The notes beneath the pieces are model-generated. The model made no database searches, had not been told where the DNA came from, and saw nothing but the letters and a program-made list of their open reading frames with translations. The translations under genes and the position numbers were made by a program. A stretch of 60,504 nt of DNA, counting the filler, from Streblomastix strix (taxonomy: Eukaryota), in the NCBI GenBank assembly GCA_008636045.1. It is 2 parts of 2 records of this genome, joined end to end, with 100 filler letters (N's around TTAATTAATTAA, not from the genome) between each part and the next. Parts side by side here need not be neighbours in the genome. Positions count along the whole stretch, not along the records: positions 30,340 to 60,504 come from SNRW01000094.1; 1 more part is not named here. The stretch is one strand, 5' to 3'. Shown in pieces: positions 40,178 through 54,600 of this stretch; position 1 is the stretch's first letter, and every line of letters starts with the position of its first letter.

Positions 40178-43100
40178 TCATGTTGCTTCTTTAACTTCTT
40201 AAATTTTTTCTTTAATCCTCTAGCTAATGCGGAATTGCAAAAGTTGTTTCAAATTAAATTAGTATATTTTAATGTTCTCCAATTATTTCAATTACTATTT
40301 AAACTTTTTATCTTTTATAATTTAAGTTTGAATAGAATCTATTAACTTATTTATTCTTTACTCAGGAGTATCTTTTCTATTACTTTTATCGTCAGAAAGT
40401 CCTTTATCAACAAGCTAATTTATATTAAAAGATTATAAAATTTCATTCTCTGTCGATTACAGCTTTATTTCATCCTATTTATGGGCATTTAATCTCTTTA
40501 CAGCTAAGTTAATCTTTTTTATTTCTGTTTCTCTAGATGCATTTTCTACTTCATCAACTGAATAATTGAGTTTTTAAACATACCTATTTGATTCCAATTA
40601 GATTGCATCAAATGTAAGTAGTGGCACGAATGGCAAATATTTTGCTGGATTAGAGTCAATATAAGAAGTAGGACTTATAGATGTCTATGAAATCAATGAA
40701 TTATGAGTTGTTGGAAGTTAATTAATGAATGGATCTTAATTAAATCTTTCAGATGGAGAAGATAATCTGACAAGAAATACAGATCCTTTGGTCTGTTAAC
40801 TATATGTATCTGAAGAGAAGATTGTAGCAACTTTCCCATTATGCATTGGAAAGTAGAAGCCTTGTTTTGAATCTTCATGAGCTCTTACAACTACGTCAAT
40901 TCCATTCGCTCGAACATATCTATCAGTAGTTTCTTAACAAAATGGTGGTCTTCCTTGAATAATATTTTCATAATCACTTGGATCTCCCCATGTTGTAAAT
41001 TTTAATATTGCTCGGTTACGCGTCCAAACTTCATTACATTCGAATCCTAATTATTCAGAAATTTAATATTGATCCTCTGGTGGTAATGATGTGCACTCAT
41101 CCTCGGCGCTAGCAACTGGCATTATGGGTGTAATACCACCATGATTGAGTTGAATACGTCTTGAATGTATTATTGGATAAAGATTTTAGAAATTATGCGT
41201 ATTTGTTTAATCTAAAGTCTGAGTTTAATTCTCATGAATATGTGAACGTTAGCTCTTTGGAATTTCTTATGTTTTATGATTATAAACAATCTGATTTGAA
41301 ATGTGATAAAGAAGTGTGACTGTACATGAAATTGGCATACATGTGAATAATTTAATAAATTTATGTGTAAATTAATGCTTTAAGATTTTTATATTTTTAA
41401 TCTCATCAGATTTCGGGTTTTGAATAAATAATTTTCTTGTTTTTTTATCAAATATTGTGTGGATTCGAAGGTTGAATGAATCACAAAATTTTCTTGTTCC
41501 AGCTGATTCATGATTACCTCTTATCAAAAAGATACGATCTGGAAAGGCAAGTTTGTAGGCAATAATAAGAATCACGCATTCGAGAGAATGTATTCCTCGA
41601 TCAATATAATCTCCTAAGAAGACAACTTTGCCTCTTGATGGATCATTTCGAAGAAGGACATCATCAACAATATCAAGTACCTTCAGAAGAGCGTAGAAGT
41701 TGCCATGTATATCACCAACAATCAGAAGACCTTGTTTATTCCTCAATTCAATATCATCTATTAATTCTTTTTAATCAATATTTTCTTTTTCATTTGGTTT
41801 TTATTCTTATTTTATCTATGAACCAAAATGAACATCAATATCAATATGTTAGCATTATTTCTCAACAATTTCATAATATTAAGCTGCATTATCAACAAAT
41901 ATAGTCAAATCCTCTGTTTTAAAAATATCCAAAAATTTTCTAGGATCTTTACTTAATAATTATCTTATTTCATTTCTAAATCTAACAACTTCATTATAGC
42001 TGATTACTCCTTCGGTTTCAATCTCATTTTCTTTTCCTAATTATCGATCTTTATTCATCTTTTCACGATTTTCTATAATTTTCTTAAATTAAGCTTTAAA
42101 ATCTGAAGAAAATTGTGGAAGTTTGATTATTGGTGTATTATTTGTAGGTTAAGTATTTGGAAAACAGAATTTCGTGAGTGATTTGAATCTTTGAAGAGCA
42201 AATACAGGATATCTTGGATCAAACATTTGATTATTTTATCCAAAAGAAGCAGATGTTTCTGAACATGAGTAGAATGATCTTCCTTTTCGATGATAATTAT
42301 CCCAAGCTGCTCCTTAGAGAATGAATATTGGTTTTGGATATTCATGTCTATCTTGTATAAATTTAAGCAATTTTCCATAAGGATTAATTTAAATTTATTA
42401 TTTAGTAGGAATCACTGGAATAAAATCTAGATTCACATTTGCTATGCTTAATGGGATTAATGATTAAATTTATTTTTTTTTAATTGATAAATTTTTAATT
42501 TAATTTGTGGCTTAAATTAATTATTACTAGGAAATTGCTGATTAATCGTTATTATCAACTTTCAATTATTCTTCATTATCAATTTCATCTTTAGATTTCT
42601 ATTATTCAATTGTTGAAATATTAGTTTCAAAGATATCATCAAGTTATTTTCTAGTTATCATTTTTGCACGAGTTGGAAAATTGCGATTATGACCTCGATG
42701 TGAATGAACAACAAACATTCTCTTCCAAACATTTACATTTCCTACAATGCCACATTTATGATTACAAGGAACAAGAGGTGCATGTGGTGCTGAGAAAGAT
42801 TATAGTACTCTTGGAAAAGGAGTTAGATTTGCATTATCTGGCTGAATTTAAGATGCTTGAATTCGTCTTGTTCCACTTTCCCATAATCCTTTCATCAGTG
42901 TTCGCATTCCTAATAATTCTGGGTTGCATTTCCCAACGAAAAATCTAAGATTCTTTTACTAATCATCTTCTGGATTCTTCTCTAAATTCCTTGGCTTTCT
43001 AAAATTACTTTCATTTCTTTCTTTTTCTTATTATTCATTCAATTTGGGGAATTTGCCCCAACGACGACTCCACATTCCACCTCCTCCAAATATTGTTGGA

Positions 43101-46100
43101 TAATCATCATCAACTCTATTCAACATAAGACCATCATTACTTTATTTACCTTTCTATTTTTATTTTTAATTCTCTTTTTATTCAAAAATTAGGTTTTATC
43201 CAATATCTTCAAAACGATTCTATTTCCATATTACATTCAAGGTCACAAATGTTGTATCAAGTTCTTCTTCCATCTATTCAATAACCCTGAATACTCGTTA
43301 TTTCATTCGGAATGAAGGAGTAAGAGGATGAAAACGAGGTCTGTTGATATTTTACTTAACTGATTATATGATTGATTATTCTTCAACATCTTTATTTCTT
43401 CTTTCAAATGAATTTATTGAATCTAAATCATCAAATACAATTCCATCTTCTTCATCATCGTTATCTTTTCCACAAAATTGAAGTTAATTATTTAAATTCC
43501 CATCTTTATTATCACTTCTATTTATTTTAATATCTTCAATTGTGAGATCGAAATTCAAGATTCGTACTAATGCTCGGCTCAGTGCATTTTGCACATAATA
43601 AAATATGACATTAAGATTTTGATCAAGTTATTTTTAATCAGATAAAAGGCGCATATGTGTATTCAGATCATTTCTATTTTTTTATTTAATTAATCCTAAT
43701 TATATTTTTACCCATTTCTATATATGATTTTCAAATTACTTGCGATTGTTTTACCATTCTTCTTATAATTACTTTCCAATTCCAATTTCGCCAATGTGTG
43801 TCAACCAAATAAAGTAAAGCTCGTCAGGGAAGAATAGCTGATAAATATCAAGTAAAATATCATTCATCCTTGAATTATTATTTATTATTTCATTATCATT
43901 TTATGCATTCATATTTTGAATCACATTTTCTTTTTCAATTCTGAGAATTAATTTGAATATTTTCCTCAATTAGTAAATATCTCGAATTTTCTTCTTTTAT
44001 TCCTTATTCAATATTTTAATTAATGGTTGTTATGTTTAAATTTAAGGTGGATAAAGTAACTAACTATTTCTACTTTATTATTAACTTTATTAATTTGGTG
44101 ATATTGATTATGAAATTTAATCACAAACTTATTATTTCTCAGTTTAATAAAATATAGTATTATTTTTCAATTATTGTGATAATTATGAAGATTTTTATTA
44201 TATAATTTATGTTCTTTAATTATTTTCATTATTCACACTTTGAACTCTTTCCATTCATAAATCTTTATCCAACCAGAATAAAATCTCTTCAACTTCAGCA
44301 AGATCATTAGTTCCATTTTAATTTTGATTCAATTCAAATTATCTATTCAAATCAGAAGAAATTGAAAAATCTCTAAATAAAAATGTGCTTAAAGAGAGTT
44401 TGAGCGAAAGTTTAGATAAGATAACAGACGAAAGTAAAGTTGTACGATATTAATTTGATTATTTATATTATTATTGTAATTAATTGCGATTATTAAACAT
44501 ATGATATATATTCTATTTTATATCTTTAGAATTCTCTGATGGAATGTCTTCATCATAATTTTCTCTTCTTTATTCAGTATAATTTTCTCTTCTTTATTCA
44601 GTATAATTTTCTCTTCTTTATTCATCATAATTTTCTCTTATTTAATCATCATAATTATCTCTTCCTTATTCATCTTAATTTTCTCTTATTTAATCATCAT
44701 AATTATCTCTTCCTTATTCATCTTAATTTTCTCTTATTTAATCATCATAATTTTCTCTTCCTTATTCATTATAATTTTCTCTTTCTTATTCATTATAATT
44801 TTCATTTTAATTTTCTTCATCATAATTTTCTCTTCCTTATTCATTATAATTTTCACTAGCATTTTCTTCTTTAATCTTATTTAATTGATCTAATTTTTCT
44901 TTAATCTTCAAAGTTAATTTCTTAATATGTTCAATAATATTATTCTTTGATTATTCCAATAATTCAATACTTTCTCCAGCATGTGCAATACTCATATGAA
45001 TTGAAGTCTATATCATTGCTCCTCCACTTCCAGGGCCTCCACCTGTTCCTTCCCATTCAGCTATACCACAAAGACGTTTATATCTTTCTTATTCTAATTA
45101 ACAAAGCTTTTATTCTTTATTCATCAGAAGATTGTTAGTATTTTATGAAGTTGATGTAGAAGATTAAGATTATTGATTAAGTTAAGATTATGATGAATTT
45201 TGTTATTAATTATTATTTCCTCTATTCCTGTTTAATATTCGACCTCCAATAACCTTCTTCTTCATATCACACCACATTTCCCACACACTTGTATATGGTT
45301 TTAATCCTTCAGCATAATTGTTATATAAATTATTATTAAACGTTCTTTTCATTTAATTTCTTCTTTTTATCCTTTTTTCTTGATTATCATTTTCATTCAT
45401 TTCTTATTTTGTTTCATATTCATATTCATCTTCTTCAGGTTGATAAACAGGATCAAAATATGGTCCTTATTCAGCATCATTTGATTTAAGAAAATATCGA
45501 TTAATTAATAAGCATATTTGGCCATCTTCATTATGAGAACAAACTCGACCTGCTCAATTTAAATAACTATTAAATTCCTGAGAGTTTTCTATATCACTAC
45601 GATATATATCATGTGATGGATATGCAGTAAGTGACAAGAGTCGCACTGCATTAATAAATGGCATCTCTTTTGGTATTATTAATTGATTCATTAGTTTTCT
45701 ACCTTAAGTCATTATAATGCACATTTCTCCTTTCATATCAAAATCATCTTCATTTTGATTTTATTAATTTTCAGTCTTTTATTAATTAGTGGTATCAAAA
45801 ACATGGATCTAACCTGGAACACAGAATATTAGAAGAGGAATTCTATTATCGTTTGGAAATGGCTCAATATTTATAATTTCTCGTTTATCAATACAGTTCT
45901 TTTCTTTAGGAATATTTGCTTCACTATTATATAAAGCTTATAATAATACAAGTGCATTCCACGAATCACAACAAAAAAGTGGATCATTAACGAGTGTGTT
46001 ATATTTATCTCCTATTTCAGCATTTAAGCTGTATTTAATTGGCTTTTATTAAGATCTGAATTGAGTGTATGATTCTGGAGCAAGACTTCTTAGTGGTGGG

Positions 46101-47332
46101 AATGAGGGTTGATGTTAATTTGAAATAATCTAATTAGGATTTTATTTAATGTTAAAGTTATTATTATTATTATTAAAATGAGGATTAATTTCAGGAGGTG
46201 GAGGTAATTCAAATGTTGCAGCAAATGGAGAGAAATCAGGAAAAAGTTCAGTATCAACAATAGATTACTTCTAACAGTATGGGTGAATTGGTTTTGGTAT
46301 TGGTCTTAATTGTTAAATTGATTAACTTCTTATATTTGTTCCTGAAAGTTCTCCTTCTGGTGGTTTAATCAAACAAGAATAGCAAATGAAATCTTCTGGT
46401 TGAATCCTCGGAGTTCTTCTTTAATTCTCTTTTGGATTAAATTCATAATTATATTAAATTTATTTTTTTAACTTCTTATATCCTCTTTTCTTCTTCTTCT
46501 TATTTGATTTGGATATTTTATTTCTTTCTTCTTCTTTTTCTATGCTAATTTCTTCATCATAGTCCGATTAATCATATGAAGTTGATTCTAAATCTGACAG
46601 ATCTGGTTCTTCAGCTTTTGGAATCATGTCTTCAATTTCATTCATTTTCACTTCAAATTCTTAGAATTTGTGTTGTGGTTCACTTTTCTCTGTAGATGAA
46701 ATTTTCATATTAGATATTATCTTTCCAATAGTTTAGAGATTATTTGTTGAAGAATCAATTATTTCTAATGTGGTTTATCCTTAATTTGTCAAATATTATG
46801 AATTTTATGGAGTAATACTTGTAGTAATAGAATTTTCTTCATTTTGTTTTTAAGTCTAGGTTTCAGTAAAATCTGTATTATTATCTTATAAATTCTCGTC
46901 AATTAATGTTTTCTAAGGAACTGACTTTGCATAGAGAGGTATTGGATTCCCCATATGTCTTCTCCACCAACGACGAGCTTTGCTTGAGTGTCGGATCTCG
47001 TGAAGCACACGCACTTTCAGATCTAAGACGGTATCATTGCTTCAAGCAGCAAAATAGCCTCTATAGAACATGTTAAATGGAAGTCCATGAAATCTGTTTG
47101 AGTCGCTCTTCTTCATTCCGTTCAATACAGCAGCTGCTTCTTTGTCAAAGACTGGTGGGACTGTGCTTCTCTCTATCGCACGCACAATTTCTGTCCATTA
47201 AGTTCCACTAGTCATGAATGTTTCAACTTCTTCGAATACAAACACCGAGTAATACCCTGGACAGCGGAAACCGTTTTAAGAGTTTAGGATATTTTAAGTT
47301 GTGTTTTTTCTGGCCCCAGAAGATAAAAGCAT
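40178..47332 (-). CDS. Giant intronless protein with C-terminal PPP-family Ser/Thr phosphatase domain; three in-frame TGA (pseudogene or recoded)
   Basis: ATG 47332 to TGA 40178-40180 in a single frame (2385 codons); GDIHG, GDYIDRG, RGNHE, HGG, TWGDP and RAHE motifs intact; in-frame TGA at 47042-47044, 45554-45556 and 44255-44257. Confidence 0.8.
44549..44857 (-). repeat. Coding 24-bp repeat (~12 units, ENY[D/N/T][D/E]Q[G/R/I]R-like)
   Basis: Repeated TCATCATAATTTTCTCTTC(C/T)TTAT units inside the phosphatase frame. Confidence 0.85.
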
Positions 47333-47904
47333 ATAATCTAAATTGAAAATTTTTAGATTCATATAAAACAGTAAAATAATTTAAAATTAATGATATTTAA
47401 AATTATTCCAATGCGTAAAATAGGTTTGAATGATAATTGGCGGCGATCGCTTTAGGTATAATACTACTGATTTTATCTTCATTATATATGAAATTTATGT
47501 AATACATACAAATTATATTACTTTTGAATGTTACAAATCTGACGGACAGGAAGTACGGATTTTTCCGCTCTGAAATTTTAATTCTGATTTCTCCGTAAGC
47601 CATAAAGGTCTTTTAAATGTATAGCATTTGATTTGAAAATGTTTAAAAATGATTAGTTTTTAAATTCTCTTATTATATTAATAGATGGAAGATTTTTCAC
47701 GTTTTAATGAAAATTATCATTAATTAGAGTCTTTCAAATAAGTTAAATTTTTAATAATGATTCAAAAATAAAAATAATAAATTAAAATTGTTCAAAATAA
47801 AAAAGATAAAATAATAAAGATTATAAATGAAACGGAATTGAAATGAATTAAACCTTTTCTATTTAATTGAATCATATTATTCATAAAATTCATTTTAATT
47901 CAAT

Positions 47905-49240
47905 TATTCATTTCCATTTTTCCCCCTTTTAAGTGCATTGGATTTTTCAACATGTTATGAAGTGAATTAAACTAGTCTTTCGAGCTTTGTCACAGTGAAG
48001 GAAGAAAATTCTTTCCAGGTGAAAAATTGAGTGAATTAAATAAAGAATTAATGAATAAATTTTAAATAAACAATAATTTTAAATATTAATGATTAAGAAT
48101 GAGAAACACATATTAATCAAATTATTAATAATATATTCATTAATTATATTTAATTATTAATCTTATTTACAAACGAACCTAGAATCATATTTCGGAAAGA
48201 ATTCTAATCACAAAGTTTGGTTGCTCAATATCATCAACGTAAAATACAACTTTGCGTGGATTTGATGTCATGTCTACAATAGCACTAATTCTTTAACCTT
48301 CAGAATATAACTCATTATATATTCTATTACTTGTAATGTGGTAAAGGTGTTCACTAACAATATAATATAATTAAAATAAAAATATAAAAAGTAAAAAAAT
48401 GAAAAAATATTATAAAATTATAAAGAAATTAAAGAGTTAAATATTATAATAGTAATTTGGACACATTATATAAATTTTAATTTTAAAGTAATTTATAAAT
48501 TTAAATAATTCGCACATATTCCAATATATAACAGTCATTTTATCATTTTATTAAATCGCATTAGATGAGGCGTTGTATGAACAATAAAAATAATAATTAA
48601 TAGAAAATGAATTTATTTAATGTCAAATATTAACATTATTTAATATATAAAATATTCCATTGCAAATAGGAATTAAATAAAACAATATATTAAATAAATA
48701 CTTTTGTCATGATAAGACATGCTTCCAGCAGCAAAAGAACAAGAGGCATCTGCAATTCCAATACCTACAAAAATAATATAGTGGAATGAAATAAAGAATA
48801 TAAATATTATAATTATCAATAATTCTTTATATTCACGTTCATTAATTCTTATTAATATTAATATACTTTAATATCCTCCGGAATTCCCAAAAATAATTTC
48901 GATTTTTACTATTCCTTCACTAATAATAGGATCTATTGCAATTGCGCATCTTTCATTTTTATCAGAGTGAATGAATTACCGGTTCTTATCCCTAATTCAA
49001 TCCTCCAATATATTATAATTTTTTATTTAGTTATGCATTATCTTCTTCAAGTTCTTCTTCTTCTTAGTCTTATTCCTTTTCATTTTAAATATCTTACTAT
49101 TGAACATAAATTTAAGGAGCAAAATCAATTTATTAATCTAAGTTTTGAGAATAAGGATTTAAATCTTCTTATGGTTTGACTTAGTATTGATTACAACCTC
49201 CAAATAATTTCATTCCTTCATCATCATTATCCATAACATC
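47905..49240 (-). pseudogene. SPRY/B30.2-like domain gene, decayed paralogue of 8748-10025
   Basis: HSDKNERCAIAIDPIISEGIVKIEIIF / IGIADASCSF / GQRISAIVDMTSNPRKVVFYVDDIEQPNFVIRILSEI*F; in-frame TGA; boundaries approximate. Confidence 0.7.
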
Positions 49241-49329
49241 ATGATCAAGAGTAGATTCTACAATTTTATTTGGTGCTTATTATGATGGTTAATCTAATCG
49301 ATCATTGATGTAAAAAATGTAATCATTAT

Positions 49330-49890
49330 TTGATTATTATTATGATTATATTTGTTGTGGTACCAAAAACTATTGCACCATTTATTACGTTCAAATATTA
49401 TCATTCACTAATCCCATAGGGTAAAAAGATCTATATATTCTTTCTTTTCTTACCTTTCCTTTTAATCCTTATATTCCAGCATCAGCTTTATAAACTGAAA
49501 TACTAGTATTGTTTTGGTGTATCTACCATATTAAATCTGAATAATCTTAGTATCTTATACTTCCTTGAGCTATCTTAAGTTTTTCCATATTCTTTAAAAC
49601 TTATAGAACTTTTGCTATATTTGATCAATAAACAGTAAGTCCTAAATGTATAAAAGGTTTCATTAAAAACATACATTCTTTTATTTTAGTAGCAGTTGGT
49701 TTATTTTTAGGTCGTTCTAAGGGTCGTTTTGGATCAACAGATTTAGTTTTTTTACCATCACGTAATAAAATTTTAATTAAAGTTAATTATTCTTTAGCAA
49801 TAAACAAATGGAAACAATATAACCGCATTGCAATTGTCCAGCTAAGAAATACAATCCAATCTGAGATATATTGATAATAGCTTCAAGCAT
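49330..49890 (-). pseudogene. Degenerate element ORF(s): hydrophobic N-terminus and AT-hook-like PKRPLERPK
   Basis: MLEAIINISQIGLYFLAG... then frameshifted ...DGKKTKSVDPKRPLERPKNKPT...; stops present. Confidence 0.3.
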
Positions 49891-49941
49891 TTTATTGATA
49901 ACTATTTTATTGAATTGATATTATTTTTATTAATTAAAAAT

Positions 49942-51651
49942 ATGACTAAAATAAATTGTGGAGAATTTATGATTTACTCAGCATTTTAGAGCTAACTGAT
50001 ATCACGTGCAATAAAAACTGATCTTGAGATAGAATTGAGATTTATACTAAGATAATACAATAAAAGACTCAAGATGGATTTATTAAAAGAAATTTTATTA
50101 ATAGCTTCAGAGAACAGCTAATCAGCAGTTATGAAATTGATATAGTATTTAAATGAAAGAGAGTGAGGTTATATTATAATGAAATGACTAATATTGGCTT
50201 ACAAATTATCAATTCAGATTCAGATAAGGATTATGTAACATGGCAAACGACTATCCTTACCGGTAATTAAAGTATTTAAGTTAATAGTATCATTAACATT
50301 CAAATTAATTTAACATATAATTTGAACAATGATTACATAGAAATATAGTATAATATTGAATTTACAGAATAGTGGAAAATCTATTTCTAACAATTGATTG
50401 AAGAGGATCGGTTTCATTGTTAATTATTTGATAGATTACCACCAATTAAGATTAGTTTGAATATTGCAATTAATAATGCTTATAATAGTGACTAAACGAT
50501 ACAGGGTTATAAATATACTCCATAATTAATGTTCTTATCACTAACATAATATACTGAGTTTACAGATACAATTGAGAAATATTTTAGAACATAACCAACT
50601 TTGAATAGTGGAGCAATATGCTTTAATAATTTAACTAATGAGCTTGTATAAAATTATAAAATAATCTGTACTCATTAAACTAGAATTATGGATAAGATTT
50701 AATGAATTCAACAATCAATTACATTAATCTTAGAATCGATGCATTTCTTTATCATTACTGGATCTTATGTACCTCAGTTAATGAATTATATAGAATGATT
50801 ATATTAGTACGATTATATTGCCCTACATCAAAAATTATTATACATCTATTGAGCCGAAATATTTTACATAAGGTAGTGGAATATTTATAAGATACCTATT
50901 CGGTAAGTAACTTGATATAAATGCTAATGGATCAGTTACTTTATCAGATTTTTAACCAATTAATGTATAGCAATTAACAAAGCAATAAATCATTAATAAT
51001 ATTAATACATTTCCAGTTAGAATTATCAATTCATTACCAGCTTTTAGTATTGTTGAATTGTAAAATATTTATACTGCAGTTGGATGAACAAATTATTATG
51101 GATAATTCATTCCATAGGTTGTAACTTATTATTGCTAATAAAATAACTTATATTGATTCGCTAATCGTATATTTTTATCTCCAAATCTATATGTATAATT
51201 AGTTGATGGATAAGATCTTTATGATGGATAGAACGAAAATGGAGCCAATTAATTAGTAAATTTATCATCAGCTATTAAATAAATTGATCTTGAAGTATGG
51301 TTTTATTAAACTAAACATGATAATGAAAGCATAAAAGTTGATCTTCCAATATTCTGTCCATACATCGGGAATTTTCTAGAGTATCCATAAATGTTAATAA
51401 TTTGCGTAACTAATTAATTATAAGGAATAACTCTATCATCTACAGGCGGTAATGGTTTCTCAAATGTATGTTTCAAATAGAACTTGGTTGACGCACCAGT
51501 ATTATGGGGATAGAATATGATGAGACAGTAATGTCTTGTAGGATAGAACAAATCGTTAGTGTTTACATTATATGATAACTTTGGAAGAAAGATACCAATG
51601 CAATATATGGATATGTATAATAATTTACATATCGAGGTATAATTTTAATGA
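49942..51651 (+). pseudogene. Putative minor capsid (penton-like) protein with large insertion, frameshifted
   Basis: Beta-rich N/T/I composition; C-terminus SLVFTLYDNFGRKIPMQYMDMYNNLHIEVQFQ* resembles the terminal strands (hxhxhxD..Gx.h...hxhxF) of Polinton pentons; its TGA overlaps the pPolB ATG (ATGA). Confidence 0.55.
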
Positions 51652-54600
51652 GCAGTCTAAATAAATTATTTTTATTTTAAACTAACTTTCTTACATAAAG
51701 AAAGCAGAGCTAATCAAACTACTCAAAATCAACAACAAAAACGTCAATGAATCATTAAAAGTAAATTAATTTAAAGAATAACTCAATGAATACTTAGACA
51801 AAATTAATTATAAGATACGAGGAAGAAATAACTACAATGATTTGAAGACCCATCTAAAATAGATACATTAATACAATCAGTAAATTATCAAAGCAAAAGA
51901 TCTGGATTAACATTTCATGAAGAACCAATATGATTAAGATTTATAGGAATATCGTAGAGAATAATAGTAACAATAAGCGGATATTTACTATGATGATTTG
52001 TAAGAATAGAATCGATAATTACATTAAGATTTATCTCATTATCACTCAAATTAATATGAATAAGATTTATAAGAATATCGTAGAGAATAATAGTAGTAAG
52101 AAACTAATGATTTTTGGACTGATATGATCATCAAATAACAGGAATAAGCATAAAGAATTATGGAAGAAGAATAAGAAGCTGTAATCTAAGCAAACGAATA
52201 ATATGAAGCGTATCTATAATACTAAATAACTACTTAATAAAATAAAGAAATTGCTAATCTAATTAAATAGTTTAGTGGAAAAAAAGTTAGAGAAATAAAT
52301 AATTATGCAGGCACTCTATTATATTTTCTTCCTGAGAATATGGAAGAATTTGTTGCTACAGTTTATAAAGCAAGATAAGGATTTGATCGTGAACGAACAG
52401 TAAATTAAAGATAGGAAAATGGATAACTTAGCGAATTACACTATAATAATGTGATCTAATCATTAATCGATATTGAAGAATTTGTTGATAAAGTTTATGA
52501 GGAATAGCACCATTAAGCATTCAAGATTCAATTCAATTTTGGAGTCATTTACGAAGAATATAAGTCTGATTAGAATGATTAAGTTTAAGTTGATTTTGGA
52601 TATATATTACCTAGAGATACTCGCATATAAGAACATTCTCCTAAAGTTATATAAAATTAAGATGATATTGAAGAGTATTAGCAATACATTAAAGCTGAGA
52701 TAATTAATATGTAGAATTTTATATTAGATAGCACAAAATAACGATTCATTGCTATCTATTCAATGCTAATCAAAATATTTAATCTTTAGCCTCAAATTGT
52801 GGGTGCTAGTATGAAAGAATTAATCGATATTCATTGTAAATGTCGCAAAAATGTTATATATAAAAACACAGGAAATAATAATAATTGCTATATGGAAGCA
52901 ATAGCAAAAGCATTACATCCTGATTCGAAAGAGAAGCGTTATAAAAGTGAATCAATTATAAGCATTAGTAGAGAATATTTAGTTTAAGTATTAGAGCTAC
53001 CATTCGATTCAAAGAGTAGAAAAATTACTGATTTATTGAAAACATTTGTAGGATTAGATATAACTAAATACGCTAATATAGTATCATAAAAGTTCAAAAT
53101 TTACTAAGATATTTACTATTACGATAATGAACATAAGAACTATTATAGAGGACTATAGACAATGTATTAATAGGATACTGAAGGTCTGATAATCGAAGAT
53201 TCTGAATCCAAAGAATTAAGCTAAGCTCAAGATTAAAATGAAAAATAAGAAAGCATAAAAACAATTGATTTATTAGTTGTCGAATCTGAATGGGAAGGAA
53301 AGAAGATTTCTCATGCTTTCGCAATAGCTAATAAATAAGCATTAACTGGATTGAAATTTTGCCCACATTGTAACTCAAAAGCGTTTGATCCAAAAGATAA
53401 AAATTACAAAAGAAACTAAGAGAAACACACTATTAAATGTGAAAATAATGAATGAAAAATAAGAAATTGAATTTGAAAGTGAAATTTGTTGATATGTTAA
53501 CGTGTCTTTAACCTATGGAACTAAAGTAAGCAGCTAAAGATTTTGGTGATGGATACGATGATAAAAAAGGCTTATTTCCCTATTAAGCTTTCAATACTGA
53601 TAACGTTAATGAAGTACTAAGTAAATCAGAACCATTTACGATGGAAGATTTCAATTCATCATTAAAGAATACTAAAATTAGTTATAAGGATTATTAAATT
53701 TATCTAGAAGATGCAAAACGATTTAAAAATAGATGGGACTATTTACAATTCTATAATGAATAAGATACATATATAAGGATCAAACCACTAATAACTCTAA
53801 TTAGCTTACAATTTAAATATAAGATTGATATGTTTAGTTTCATGATAATGGCTGCATGCTCTAATGCTATCAAATAAGCTAAAGCCTATGAAGATTTTGA
53901 CATTAATGGAGTATTTCCTAATTTTGAAGATTTATCATAGAAATTTTATTTAACAGAGAACTATTGGTAGAGTAAAGTGCGGGGATATCAAGTCTAAGAT
54001 AAACATTATAGAAGAGATACATCAAATAACGTTTAAGATAAGGATTTCGATTACTTCAAAAAATTATTTAAAGATTCTAATTGCAGCATTTGTGGATGTA
54101 AATTCACTTTTGCTAATAAACCAACGTTAGATAGAATTGAAAATTCAAAGAGTCACTCCATAGATAATGTTTAGCCCTGTATTTTATATTGCAATTACTT
54201 TTGTTCAAATAAAGACAAAAATATAGGTAAATTGTTCATATAATTATGTAAATATTGTATGATAAGATGTTTACCAACTAACCTTACAGATATTGATGTA
54301 TATCATTTAATCAGAAAGTGGATCACAGGTGGATTATCAAATGTAATGCATAGTGTTAATGTATCAGGAATTGATTATATGAAACGAATCTAATATGATA
54401 AAGTAAATAAAAAAGTTACAGTTTTAACAACTAATCATAGAATAACTCATGTAGTTGGTGTTGATTTTAATTCCTTGTATCCTAGTGTTATGTCATCAGA
54501 GCAACATAAATTTATTAAGTACACTGGAGGGAAAATGTATATGTGTGGATCATAAACAGGTAAGATTGAGGGTAATAGTGAACATTCAAAATAAACTATA

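Noticed and set aside
44539..44859. Plus-strand His/Phe/Asn repeat ORF from the ORF track
   Set aside because: Antisense shadow of the 24-bp coding repeat in the minus-strand phosphatase frame.
49942..51651. Major capsid protein call
   Set aside because: No double-jelly-roll hallmark recognised; the C-terminus fits a penton better. Needs structure prediction.
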